Source of the DNA: the human T2T-CHM13v2.0 reference genome, Homo sapiens
Length of the DNA stretch: 64,000 nt
Assembly: GCF_009914755.1 (NCBI RefSeq)
Contig: NC_060946.1
Direction: 5' to 3' (one strand)
Below the pieces are notes generated by a model. It was not told the origin of the DNA. It saw only the letters and a program-made list of their open reading frames with translations, and ran no database searches. Numbering within the stretch: the stretch's first letter is position 1; every line of letters begins with the position of its first letter. This document shows, piece by piece, positions 11,301 to 24,639 of the stretch. The translations under genes and the position numbers were made by a program.

Positions 11301-13280
11301 CCAGCCTGCACCTCAGGACCTCCTAGGCCCTGCTCCCTTTCTCTCTCCACTCCTACCTCAGCCTCTGCTCTGGTCTGTCCTGGATGCAAATTTATGCTGC
11401 AAAATCTGAGCGCTGAGGTCCTGAAACCTGACCCACCCGACGCAGGGAGGAGGTGGCAGGGACAGGGACAGGGACAGGCAGGAGCTGCTGGGGCCCACTT
11501 CGGGTGCCCCATCCCACATCTGGCCAGGGATGCATATTCTAAAACCTGATTTGATGTTTTACTTTTATTTTTTATTTTTTTGCTGGCTTGATTTTTCGAA
11601 GAACACTTCTCAGATCTCTACTAACTACTTGCTTTCCTGGTCTCCTGGGTCCTGGCATCATGGGTCCAGACTCCCCCTACTCCTATAAACCTTTTTTGGG
11701 CAGAGTAGGGTGGGAGAGTCCGCTTGGAATTGCTATGCTCCCTCCCAGAAAGCCCCATATGTGTTTGGAAGAAGGGTAGCACCTTCAGACCACACTTTCT
11801 AGACAACCTAAGCAGGTGTAGGGGTCTGAACTTCACCTCTGGAAAAATGTCACGGTGCCTATCTGTATGCAGCCAGAGACCCGTTGTGTTCTTCCCCATG
11901 GTTCCCAAGGTTTCAAGCTGCAACCAGCTGCTTCTAGAGTGTGTGAGCGCTGGACAGGGAGTCAGGAGGCCTGGGTTCTAGATCCTGGGCTGCACTAAGT
12001 CCCAGTGTGACCTTGGGTTGTGACCTTCTCTGGGCTTCTGTCTCCTTCTGATGTGTTGATGACGTCAGTGGTCCCATGTAGTGGGACCTGGGGACTGCAA
12101 CTTAAGGTATTGGCAGGTAGGCAGGGCCTTGGGCTGTGGTGGCCCTGGGTGGTGGGGACCAGGGAGAGCAGCTGTCCAGCTGCCCAGTAACTCAAGTTCC
12201 CTGACATCGCTGTCAACATTGTCTCCTGCAGCTCAGCCCTGGATGGCTGCCCTTCCTGGAAACCTTAGGATACCTCTGCTGGCTCCAGCTGCCCCCTCCC
12301 TGTGAGTCAGCTCCTTCAAGCCACAGCCCGCCAGATGGCTTCCAAGGCACCAAGGATGCAGCTCCTGACCTGATGCCTCTCAGCTCCAGGACTTCCCAGG
12401 ACCCCTCAGCTGCCCTGGACCCTGCTGCTACTGCCGTCACCTCTGCACCTTGTCCCCAGCTGGGCTGCTGACTCAGATATGCCAGGCTCCTATGCTATCA
12501 TTTCAACTCCCAGGCTCAGCTCACTCTAGGAGCCTAGTTGGAGAATGGATTTCCCCAGCTGAAGGACGCTTCAGCTATACCAGTGGAGAAACGGAGGCAC
12601 AGAGTCCGTGAATGGTCTAAGGACACATGGTAAAGCAATAGCAGAGCAGGGTACACCCCTGGACTCACTCGTGTGGAGTTCAGTGACTCTCTGGGTGATC
12701 CTCCCTGGTGCCTGGGACCCAGCTCTATCAGGTCCCATACATCTCAGCCACACACTGGCTCCTGGTGAGCCCCTAAGCAGCTACCCTGTGGCAAAGGCTG
12801 CAGCCTCAACAGGGGCCCACTCTTCTTCCATCTCCTTCCTCCATCTCTCCCTGCTGCTGAGTTCTCCTATCAACTTGACACCCCCTCCGGGACTGAGCCC
12901 TCCCAGCCAGAGCATCAATGTCATTAGGTCAGCCCATCAGCCCTGGGTAGTCCTCCTCTGCCCTCTGGGTCCTCTCTGATGGCATCACCAGAGTCCACAG
13001 ATGTCTGACTCCAGCCCTCTCGTTCTAAGGCTGGGGAATCTGAGGCCCAGCCACGGGGGGCGGTGGGTGGGGGGAGTTTGCCCCAGGCCACACCAGGAGT
13101 CTGGGTGGAGAAGCAGGAATGCATGCTCTCAGCCCTACATTCCACAGCTGCCCTGCCTCCAGCACCCCCACCGCACCCCCCTCCCCGGGTCACTACGGAC
13201 AGGGGAGATGTAGCTCTCCCTTCCAGCTGGCTCATCCTGCTGCATCCCTCTATCCTCCAACCTCGGTAGCTGCCACTCAC

Positions 13281-13350
13281 CTCGGGTGGGGGTGGAGGGC
13301 TGGAGCCTGCACTGAAAGGCTGGGCTGGTGGGAAGTCCTGTCGGGAAGTG
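13281..13350 (-). other. PVALB: PVALB non-coding exon 1 (5' UTR); start approximate
   Basis: Strong donor CCCGAG|GTGAGT at 13281/13280; TATA element about 25-30 nt upstream; splicing gives ...cccgag-ttgcaggATG, matching the PVALB mRNA leader as I recall it. Confidence 0.85.
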
Positions 13351-13371
13351 AGCCTGGAGGTGGGATGGCCA

Positions 13372-13526
13372 CCTATATAGGCTTCTGCTCTGGCTATTTT
13401 GGGAGGTGGCACTCCCCGTAGCCCCGGCCCCCTCCCCTTCCGGTGTCAGGTACTCCCCAACCGTGGTGCTGGGTGTCTGTATCACATTCAGCCTCCCTGG
13501 GCCCATCAGGCCAAGACTATTAATAA
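13372..13526 (-). promoter_or_regulatory. PVALB: PVALB upstream promoter: TATA inside CCTATATAGG (CArG consensus, 13372-13381) and MEF2 consensus CTATTAATAA (13517-13526)
   Basis: Motifs read directly from the sequence; position relative to exon 1 fits a core promoter. Confidence 0.75.
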
Positions 13527-16015
13527 CTCTTGGCCCCTGCTTCCCTCCAGCACCCAAAATTGACGCCCAGGCAGGGCTCGCCTCTTCCATGAAGCCTTCC
13601 GTGACCACTGTAGATGGCAGCGATGCTTCCTTCCTCCATATTCTGCCAGGAAAGGAAGAGAAACAGCAAGGAAAAGAATGAAACAAGAACTGTCCTCTGT
13701 GCATGGGGCTGAGCCCCATTCCTATGCTGATATGATCTCTCACTACAGCCTTGCCAGGTAGACATAGCTGCTCTCGCACAGATGAGGAAACAGCATAAAG
13801 ACGTTAGATGTTAAGTGACCTGCTGCTCAAAGCCACGGGCCTGGGGTTGGGAGCGGACTCAGCACTTTTGTGCGAGGATCTAGTGCCTGGTAGAAGGAAA
13901 TGTTCCGCATATTCTCAGACAAGTCCCTTCCTCTCTCTTTCTCAGTCTTTCCACCTGTAACATGAGCTCAATCAGAGGTAAACTGTGCCCTATAGATGGT
14001 CTAGGGCGAGGGGAAGATGGACCCCCTGAAATTGTATGCGTGTGACATTGAGGCACAAAGGCCCAAGCCCTTCATGATTTGCAAAGAGATCTCTGACATT
14101 GTCTGTTTTGGATTGGAGAGGACCAGCTGAGGGATGTGTTTTGAGAAGCATGAATGACCAAATGAATTCAATAAATACGTAGTGAATATCTAATCTGACC
14201 ACCATGAAATGTTCCTCTCCTCATCCCTAACCTGAAAAGAATCTCCAGGGCACGAAGATTGTCAATGGTGGGGTCTAGTTCTTCACACTGACACGAGGAA
14301 TCCCAGGCTCCATGCAAAGGCTGTTTGGAAGCTCCATGGATAGAAAGGGCCGAGGGCAGGCTGCATGGGGGAAGCTGGGACTGGGGCCTCCTTGAGGTGT
14401 GGTGCTGGGGCCTGAGCTAGGTTGCTGGTGGTGGCAACAGGAAGGAGTGTGCAGATAGGGGAGCACCTCTTGGAGAGAAGCTTCCAGAATTGGGGCTGTG
14501 GCATGAACAAGAGGGACAAATCCAAGCTGACCCTAAATATTCAAGGTGGGGTTTGCTGAAGAAGGAAGGTGTTGACTTTGAAGGCAGGGAGTGTAGGGAG
14601 GAGGTAGTGCTCAGTCGAAGGGATGATAGAGTAAGTGGTGTTGAATCCTAGGATGTTAGGGCTGGGACAGCCTCCGTGGTGATCGGCTACAAACTTCTAC
14701 AAATGACATCATGTTATAGATGAAGAAACCAAGGCCAGGGTGACTTACCCAAATCCCCCAGAGAGTAGTGGAAGAGCCAAGAGCTGATGCTGGGTTTAGG
14801 GGACCTGAAGGACACCCTGGCGGAGATGTGTCTGAACTCTGGAGTGAGGTCAGGGCTGGACCCTGGGGGCTTTGTCATCAGAGAAGTCAAGGAGTTGATC
14901 TCGTCAAGTCGTGGGCATGGCTGAGCTCAGGGAGCCGGGATGCAGGAGAACCTTGAGGATGAACCCTTGAGGAAGATCGCTGGCTGGGGCCTGGGAAAAT
15001 AATTACACTTGTTTGTTGAACAGTGTGCTGGGTTCTGTGTGCACAGCATCGCACTTTGATTCTTGTATCCCCTTAAGAGGTAGGCAAAACCCTCTCTTTT
15101 TTACTAATGATGGAAGAACAAGGCTCAGAGAGATTGGGCAACTTGCCTAAGATCACAGAATGGAGGTAGGATTTCAGCCCCGGTTCTCTGACTCCAAAGC
15201 ACTTGCTCCTTTCTACCACACTATCCTGCTTCCAGAATAAGACCGGAAGACGGGAGCAGCACCTACTGTGGGTGAATTCTCAGGAGCCCAGATGGCCTTC
15301 CTCTTTGTCCCCATAGGTCTTCTTCATGTACCTCTAATTAAGCAAATCTGAATGGGCTGAACCATATCGTGTGTGTGTGTGTGTTGGGGGGGGGGGGGGG
15401 GGTGCATTTATTGAGCACCTACTGCGTACCTAGTGCTTTATGTGCTTTATCTCAGACGTTCGAAGAAATAGAATCTCAGAGAGGTTTAGTGACTTACCTA
15501 AGGTCACACAGGTAGGAAGTAGGTGGGAGAGCTAGGATTTAAACTGAGCACTTCTGATTCTGGAGGATCTTTCCCCCTACAATACTTAAAGTAGGGTAGA
15601 GATGTCCTAAAACCCGAGTCATATATCTGGAAACATGATCTAGTTTTTTTTTTTTTTGTTTTTTTTTTTTTTTTTTTTGCTCTGAATCTGTGCTAATTGA
15701 AGCAGGCTTCATTTTATTAATTTGGTTAATTATACAAGGGCCTTGATGCCAGAAAATGGGTTTATCAGTCAGGTCTGTTTTTGCCTGTAAGTGATGAGAA
15801 AGTCTGACTTGGGCTGGCTTAAGACAGTGGGGGATTTGCTAACTCGTGCAACTGAAAAGTCCACGAAGGTTCAAGCATGGTTTGATCCAGAACTCAAATG
15901 CTGTCAGGAAGATGCTGTTTCTCTTACTTCTCAGCAATACCTTGTGCCACTCTCTCAAACTGGTTGACCCCTGAGGGTGGCAAGATGGCTGTCCCTGCAA
16001 TGCTACAAACTTTCA

Positions 16016-16330
<315 letters not shown>

Positions 16331-18449
16331 TTACAAAGGGAGCACAGGCCTGTGGCACAGGATACCCTTCAGGCTTGGAGGAGGCAGAATGTCAACATCA
16401 TTGGAATGGCCTGGAGAGGGAGACTGTCCCTGGACAGAGAGGTGAGGGGCTTTGAGCAGTCAAAGCCCACGAAGTCATTGTTGAGGTAAGTCCCTGGGGG
16501 CTGCCCAAGTGTGCCAGGCACATGGGAGGTTCATGCCCTAAGTCCTTGGTGAGTGTAATGACAGTTTGCCTGCATCAAACTTCTAGAGCATGATTCACTC
16601 TGAGGCCCAAAGTTGCTTTCCTGGACTTAAGTCCCCTCCCACCGACCCAGGCCCATCCTGCTCTGCGTGAGACCTTACAGACTCCACCCGCCTAGGACCT
16701 CTGCTTAAAGGCAGCAGCAGTGCCCAGTGGAATTTTCCTCTAGCTTCAGGGTTTCTTACTGTGAGCAGGGAGGAGGACCCTGAGTAGCTAGGCAGATGCC
16801 GCAATCTCACACTGACGCCCCCTTCTATCCCCTAAAATGAGGCGTGGTCTTTAGCTGATCACGTTCACATAGTTCCAGTAACATATATGTTACCAGAGTG
16901 GATCCCACTATCTTTTTCTTTTATACAGATGAAAAGTTTTTACAGATGAACCAAACTGAGGTTCAGAGAAGTCAAGTCACTTGCCCAAGGTCACGCAGTT
17001 CGCCAGGACCAGAGCCTGGTCTGTCTGCCTCTTCTCACATCCAGTGCTCTCCCTGATGCCCTCTCTGGCCTCCCAGCTGGTGGAGGGGAGGAGGCCAGTG
17101 TGTGCGGGCCAGCAGTCTCTCAGCTGCCGCCTGCCAGGAGATAAGTATTCAGCTGTTAGCTTCGCTGCTGCTATTTCATGAGTTCACACTATTTCCACCT
17201 GCTGTGGCTGGGAACAGGATACAGAGTTCCCCACATCCAGGGCCCCGGCAGGCTGGGTGGACATCGCAGGATCTAATGATATCGATGAGATCAGCCCTGT
17301 GGGATGATGTGTATTAACTCAAAGGAATCTCGGCTGCATTCCTGAGAGCCGGATCTCAGGAAGCCTGTGGCCTTGTTTCCCTTTCCTCCCCTTACCCATG
17401 CTTAAGCACGATTTCCTCCGGAGAGAGCGGCCACAGGGAACACAGTCGTGAGGATGGCAAGGGCAGGCAGACAGACGGCCCTGGGTCCCTGCCCCGGCTC
17501 CACCCACTTGCCCACTGTGTGATCCTGAGCCAGTTGGTTCACCTCTCTGGGCCTCAGTTTTTCCACCTGTAAAATGGAGCTAAAGAGGAAGCCGTGGTGA
17601 ATACTAAATGAGATCGTGTCTGAGAAAGGCTATAAAATCCGACACAAATGATAATAGGGTTGCCATTGTGAGGAGCAGAACTTGATCCTGGCCTGCCCCT
17701 GAATGAGAAGACCTGGAATAGCTTTATGGATAGAAACATGGAGAGCCAGGGGTGCCGGCCTCTGAAAACCGCTGACTCTCCAGGAAGGTCTCCAAGGCCA
17801 GGACCCAGTGTCCTTGCTGGGGAAATGAGGAGCCACACGGAGAGGAAGAAGGGGAGAATCAGAGAATGTGAATGCTGGAAGGGGCTGGGGCTGGGGGCTC
17901 AGACGCACTGTGGTCTGGAAGGGCCTGGGGCTCTGGAAAGAGGGTGGGTTAGGGCTCAAGGGGCCGGGGTGAACAGAGCTCTTGGCCACCTGGGTTTATG
18001 TTCTGCCCTGGAAGACTCCACCCCATCCCAGTGCTGCCCAGAGGAACCCTGGGAAGGGGTTACGGCCCCACGTGGACTGGAGTGTGAAAGGGGAGCAGGG
18101 CACCCCTAGATCATGGCTGAGGTCATGGGCTGAGGGCGCAAGAAGGAGGCATGTACTCAGAAGGCCGGAGAGGATTGGAAAGAGGAGGTCTCTAGGTTCT
18201 CCCTTCTTGGGTGGTACTGGAGGGTGGGCCTGGAGGAGCCGAGGGAGGAGGCTGGTCCACAGGGCTTGAGAACGCTCGGCCCCAAGGCATCTTCACCCCA
18301 GCTCCAAACGTAAAGGGGGTCCTAGATTAAAAAGGTGACGTCCCCTCTCACTGTATCCTCTCTTCCTCAGTCCCCTCCCCATTAGTCCCTCCTGCCCCCA
18401 TCACTGGCACAGCCCACGCCCTGCAACAGAGTAGAATGGTCCTTGACAG

Positions 18450-19260
18450 AGGTGTGTGTCCGTGTGTGCCTGCATCTGCGCGGTGTGTCTGTGTGTGGTA
18501 TGTGTGGTGTGTGTCTGTGTGTGGTATGTGTGGTGTGTCTGTGTGTGGTGTGTCTGTGTGGTGTGTGTGTGGTGTGTGTGTGGTGTGTGTGGTATATGTG
18601 TCTGTGTGGTGTGTGTGTATGGCGTGTCTATGTGTGGTGTGTGTGGTATGTGTGTCTGTGGTGTGTCTGTGTGTGGTGTGTGTGGCGTGTCTGTGTGATG
18701 CATCTGTGTGTGGTGTGTGTGGTGTGTCTGTGTGTGGGGAGTATGTGTGTGTGGTGTGTCTATGTGTGGTGTGTGTGGGGTATGTGTGTGTGGTGTGTGT
18801 GGGGGGTGTGTGTGGTGTTTGCAGTGTGTGTGTGGTGTGCATCTGTGTGTTTCTCTGTATGTTGTGTCTGTGTATGGGGTGTGTGTCTGTGTGGGTTTCT
18901 ATGTGGTGTGTTTGTGTGTAGGTGTGTGTGGTGTATGCAGATGTGTGTTTGCGTATGGCGTGTCTATGTGTGGTGTGTATCTGTGTGTGTTCTGTGTGTG
19001 GTGTGTCTCTGTGTGGTGTGTGTGTGTAAGGTGTGTGTGGTGTATACATGTGTGTTTGTGTATGGCGTGTCTGTGTATGGTGTGTGTTTGTGTATGGCGT
19101 GTCTATGTATGGTGTGTGTTTGTGTATGGCGTGTCTATGTATGGTGTGTGTTTGTGTATGGCGTGTCTATGTATGGTGTGTGTTTGTGTATGGCGTGTCT
19201 ATGTATGGTGTGTGTTTGTGTATGGCATGTCTATGTGTGGCGTGTGTTTGCATGTGTGTC
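18450..19260. repeat. About 810-bp degenerate (TG)-rich tract, with a 32-bp-period minisatellite at about 19050-19240
   Basis: Unit gtatggtgtgtgtttgtgtatggcgtgtctat repeated about 6 times. Confidence 0.95.
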
Positions 19261-19290
19261 GAGGGGGAGGATGACGAGTTTGCATGTGTG

Positions 19291-19435
19291 TTTTTTCTGT
19301 TTTTTTTTCCTTGGAGACAGGGTGCAGTAGCATGATCATAGCTCACCGCAGCCTTGAATTCCCAGCCTCATGTGATCCTTCCACCTTGGCCTCCCAAAGC
19401 ATTGGGATTACAGGCATGAGCCACTGCACCCAGCC
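19291..19435 (-). mobile_element. FLAM/FAM-like Alu monomer
   Basis: Single degenerate monomer ending cacccagcc. Confidence 0.8.
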
Positions 19436-19651
19436 TCCATGTGTTTTTTGGGGACTCCCATCCAGTGCTCTTCCTTGGCTCTTGGGAGGGCCAGTGGCTG
19501 ACCCTTCAGAGCCATTACAACAATCCGTGTGTGTCCTCTTCAGCATCTGGCTTCTTTGCATCAAAATCAGGCAAGTTCTAATGCTCTGAACTCTCCCATA
19601 GCAAACAGGGAAAATCAAGGTCTCACCTCTAACCACTTATCTACACCCCAG

Positions 19652-19975
19652 TGCTATGGGCTGCCTTTGTTCCCCCCAGATTCCTGTGTCGAAGCCCTAA
19701 CCCCCAGTACCTCAGAATGGGACTGCATTTGGAGACAGGATCTTTACAAAAGTGATTAAATTAAAATGAGGTGTTGAAAATGGGTCCTAATCCAATATAA
19801 CTTGTGTCCTTACAAGCAGAGGAGATTAGGACACAGACAAGCACGGGAGGAGACAGCCATTTACAGTCAAAGAGAGGCCTCAGAAGAAAACACCTTGATC
19901 TCAGACTTCTGGCCTTGAGAAGGGTAAGAGGATCCATTTCTGTTGTTCAGGCCCGCTCCCAAGCTGGCTAACACA
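19652..19975 (+). mobile_element. MLT1A/B-like MaLR LTR
   Basis: tgctatgggctg...gaagccctaacccccagtacctcagaatg...ctaatccaatat motifs. Confidence 0.8.
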
Positions 19976-20597
19976 CCTGGCGATGGAAAGAGCCTGCTGA
20001 GGGCGCATGAAGGAGAGGGTCTCCATTCCCGTGATCACAATGCAGATGCCAGCCCATGTGCTCATGAAAACTCTCAAAATCCTTTGAAACTGTGACATTT
20101 CCCTGCTTTAAAAAAATGTGATCATAAATATGCCATGTACTCTTTAAAGAAACAATAGAAAATAGAGGAGCTAAACAGGGCCGGGGGTGGGGGGGCGTGT
20201 CACCAGTAATCCCTTGCTACCCAAATACAACCATGGTTACCATTGATTTCAGAGGTTTTCTGCCCTCTCACTCCTGCTGGACTATCTACCTGCTGATCGT
20301 CCTTCATGTTTTAGCTTGGGTGTCACCTCTTACCAGAAGTCCTCCTGGGTTTCTTCCCCCTGACCTCGTGCCCCTCCTAGAACTCTGCATTTGCCTCAAT
20401 AATGGCCTCCTATTATTCTGCTTGTTCTCTCTGTGTTTCCAGTTGCCTTTTCTGCTGGGAGTTTGAAGCACCACCATAGCGTTCAGCTTCTTTCCAGGAC
20501 GGACTCCAAGGAGAATAAATCAAATGGGGGATATTTTTATGTTTGGCTCTGCGTGTACAGTGGTTCTTCTCTAAGACATTCTTGGATTCCTACTTAC

Positions 20598-20985
20598 AGT
20601 GCTGTCGAAATCCATTTATTCACCTGCACTTTAGAGGCACCTGCTGGTGTGTAATTAGTCTTCCAGGAACTGTGACCTTCCCTGGGAACTATAGCCTCCT
20701 GTCCCCAGGAATCTTAATTCCTGATCCAAAATGGCAGCTCACATTTCGATAAGGGAGGGTGCTCTGGGGAACAGGGAGCTGGGTATTTGAAACCGGCTGA
20801 GCAAATCCAGAATGTACGATCGCTATCTGCCTTGGTGTTCCTTCAGCCAATAGGGGGATGCTTGATGTTGGTACCAATGTAAAGGCCCCAGGTTAATACA
20901 GCTAATGTGTTTTAAGGACATTGTTGAACCAGTTTTTTCTTATTAAATATTTATTGCTTCCATCCTGATTCTGGGTCACATTTGA
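20598..20985 (-). pseudogene. Candidate pseudo-exon I (388 nt, phase 0-1)
   Basis: Acceptor catttttttctcag|, donor |GTAAGT; one frame spans it with 4 stops and contains ORF 20689..20877. Confidence 0.45.
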
Positions 20986-21739
20986 CTGAGAAAAAAATGT
21001 TTTTAAATTCAGAGGCTGAATCAGTTTGAAAATCCAATAGTTCCCATTTTGTTTCAATACTGCAGACTAACCCACAGCTCATGTTGGGGTTTAGGACCAA
21101 GGTTTGCAGAATGACAATGGCTGAGAATTGAGAAATAAACACAAACACCAATCGAGGCAGAGAGGAAATGAACTGAGGCAGCAGAACTGCCCTCCCCCTT
21201 TCCTTCCTCCTTCCTCTCCTCCTCCTCCTCCTCCCACCGCTATGTCTCTCCTCCTTTGTTCCTTTCCCTTTTGCCTCCTTGTCTTGCCTTTCTTTTCCCT
21301 AAGTCTCAATCATGAATGCTTGGTCTCACAATTCTACAGGATTAGGGGGCCCTTAGCCACCAATCCAACCGTCTCATTTTCTAAAGGTTTTCCCTTGTAT
21401 TACTTTTTAAATTATGGTAAAAGAAACACACAACATTCACCGTCTTAACCATTTGTAAGTGTAGAATTCAGTCCTGTTAGGTATATTCACATTATTTGTC
21501 AATCATTACATTTGACAGATGGGAAGCCTGAGGCTCAGAGAGGGCATAAGATGTCCAAGGAAAATGGCAGAGGAGGGACTCACCCAGGCCTGTGGATCTG
21601 ACTTCTGGGCCCTCAAAGGATGGCAGGACATGTCTAAAGGGATGAGAACAAGGTAGAAGGGAGAGAGAGCAGGAGATGCTGTGTCAACTTTAGACCACAG
21701 TGTGAGCTCTACCCTCTCCTCCTCAACTAGAAAATGTGT

Positions 21740-22256
21740 ACAATACTAAATGATGCTCAGTGAAAGAAGCCAGACACAAAAGGTCACACTACATATATGT
21801 ATGAAATATCCAGACTAGGTCAATCTAGAGACAAAAAGCGGGGGCTGGAGGGAAGGAGGAATAGGGAGTAACTGCTTAATGGGCTTTATTGGAACCAGGT
21901 CAATGTGGCACCAACGAATCAAGGAGGGCGTCTGGGAAGAGGTGATGCTCAGGCCTCTTTGATTCCTTCTCCCTGCTCACACACCAGCCTCATGTTCACC
22001 TCTGTTTACTAGGATCATTGCTGTGGAACAATTATCCATGGAATTGTCTGCTCTCAACCTATGAGCTTGTTGAGGTCAGCTACTTAATGAGTGTTGAGGT
22101 CACTGCATCGTGGGCTGATAAAAATGTTTTGGAACCAGATAGAGTGGTGGTTGTACAACATTCTGCACACTCTGAACCCTGAAGGCATTAGGTGCCACTG
22201 AATTGTCTACTTTAAAGTGGTTAATTTTATGTTGTATGAATTTCACTTCAGTTAAA
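21740..22256 (+). mobile_element. L1M(B/C) 3'-end fragment interrupted by a complex insertion
   Basis: gtgaaagaagccagacacaaaagg...ctgcttaatggg [insert] ...tgccactgaattg...aattttatgtt motifs. Confidence 0.75.
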
Positions 22257-22335
22257 ACATCTCCTATTCTCCCCACAAGATTCGTAGTGAATCTGATAGA
22301 TGACAGCATATCAGATGACCGTCACTTTTACTGAT

Positions 22336-22727
22336 TGTATGAGTCCTTTCTCACACTGCTGTAAAGGCATACCTGAGACTGGGTGATTTCTAAAGAAAAG
22401 AGGTTTAATCGACTCACGGTTCTGCAGGCTGTACAGGTTTTTGCTTCTAGGGAGGCCTTAGGAAACTTACAATCATAGTGGAAGGGCGAAGGGGAAGCCA
22501 GCACGCCTTACAAGGTGGGAGCAGGAGGAAAGGGTGGGGAGGTGCCACACACTTTTAAACAAGCAGATCTCAGGAGAACTCGATCACAAGACAGCCCTAG
22601 GCGGGTGGTGCTAAACCATTAAAGACTGCCCCCATGATCCAGTCAATCCCACCAGGCGCCTCCTCCAACACTGGGGATTGCAATTTGACATGAGATTTGG
22701 GTGGGGACCCAGAGCCAAACCATATCA
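22336..22727 (-). mobile_element. MST-family (MSTA-like) MaLR solo LTR
   Basis: TG...CA ends, typical ...gagatttgggtggggac...caaaccatatca end; perfect 5-bp TSD CTGAT (22331-22335 and 22728-22732). Confidence 0.9.
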
Positions 22728-24639
22728 CTGATATAGCCATGTGAGTCATATACAAGGGAGACGTTACCTTTTGTTTACCCTGAAGGGTAACATAGACCAC
22801 GTGACAATGGCTTGCAGTAATGGCTGGCAGTGACAGCATGCTACTTCCTCTGGCGTTGTCCTGCCTCCTCCCTCCTGTAGGCTTACTGCACCTGCCATTC
22901 ATCCTGTATGACTCAGCTTAGGCATCACCTCTTCCCAGAAGCCCTCCTTGATTTCTTCTCCCTGCTCACATACCACTCTCATATTGACCTGTGTTTACTG
23001 TGATCATTGCTGTGGAGCAATTATCCATGGAACTGTCTTCTCCCAACATGACTATGAGCTTGTCGAGCTCAGGGGCCCTTTCGCAGCAGGGTGGAAAGGA
23101 AACTGCGTTGATTTCGGTGCCACATTGACCTGGGTTCAATATCTGGCTCAGCCAACCTGCTAGCTCTGTGACCTTGGGACAAATTACTTACTCTTTAGGA
23201 ACAACAGTTTCACATCTGAAGAATGAAAATAATATTTTCCTTATGGGGCTGTGCCAAGGAGTCTTGGATGTATTATCACATCTCCTGTGAGTCTTTGAAC
23301 TTTTGTACGTATTATTATTTGCATTATATTGGTTTTGCTTTTCTCCTAGTTTTGGCCATGTCTGAATATTTTCAAACAATCTCACCAACCATATGAGCAC
23401 TAGAATGGAAAGAATGTCTTGGCTGTAGGGCAACCTGGTGTCCACTGGGGGTGCCCAGCTGGTGTGGGGTGGGGGGTGAGGAGTAGCTGAGGCAGAGAGG
23501 AGATGAGTCCTGGGGGGGTGAGCATTTGGGGTCAGTGGTGACTGCTGCTGTTACACAGTGGAAATGAAAGAATATTCAGTCTCAGCTGCCAGCTCTAGCT
23601 GTGTGACACTTGCAGAGAGACTTGACCTCCCTGAGCTTCCGTTTCCACTTCCGTCAAGTGGGACTCCTGAGAGTCCTCCACTCAAGTGTTGTGAGAGTGA
23701 AATGAATACATGAATTCAACAACTTAAGCAGAGAGTGGGTCACACAATGCGCCAATAAGAGGCCGCCATACCAGGCAGATCACCATGATTCCCTGCTTGT
23801 GTAATATACACACCTTACTGGATAATAATGTCCTGTAATATAAATATACATACATTCAACCTTTGCCAGATTCTGAAAAGATGCTTCAGTAAATGAACTT
23901 TCAGTAATGCCAGATTGCTACCCAAATTCTTAAAGTGTGTTGCAGACAAGCAAGCAAGCAAGAAAGAGTTCCATTTCTTGGTGTTGCAGGCTGAAGGGTG
24001 AGCAGGTATCAGGTGGGGGAGTGTTGGGAAGGAAGTGATGCCCCCACTTGAATTCAGTCAGACCACACGTCGTGGATCGTGCCCCTCCACCTCCAGATGG
24101 TGGGAGGCAAGGGTGAGGAGAGTGACCAGGATTATTCTGCAGGGCCAGGGCAAAGTCCGGTCCCATAGTTGAGTGACCTTGGAGCGAGGGGTAGGTGAGG
24201 GCCCCACTGCCCAGGCTGAGGAGCCCTGAGCAAGCAGCTCCCTGGCGACTGCAAATTCCAGGATGGAAGTAGTATTAAAATTCCAGATCCACATGTGATT
24301 ACAGAAACCTCAGCTGCATAAGCCAAAAACACAGACTGACCCCTGAACTCCCTCCTCTCTCCCTGCCTACACATTGTAATGGAAGGAAACATTCTGCAAA
24401 TTCTAAACTTACCACTGAACATGAGGAAATGCTCTGACTTCTCGAGTTCAGTTTCCCCATCTGTCAAATGGGTATAACCCACCTACTTTATCCTCCCCCA
24501 ATCCATTTTTTAAAAAATCTTTAGTTAGTATGAGTGAAGTTTATTTCACTTGCAATGGAAATAATCTTGACTGTGGTAGTCTATTATATCAGTGGTTTCT
24601 GATAAACCATGCTTTTAAGTATTCATACCTTTGTATGCT

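Noticed and set aside
18348-19335. Long ORFs (up to 295 aa) of Val/Cys or His/Thr repeats; similar ORFs at 31.8-32.4 kb and 49.2-49.8 kb
   Set aside because: Artefacts of TG/CA-rich simple repeats that lack stop codons.
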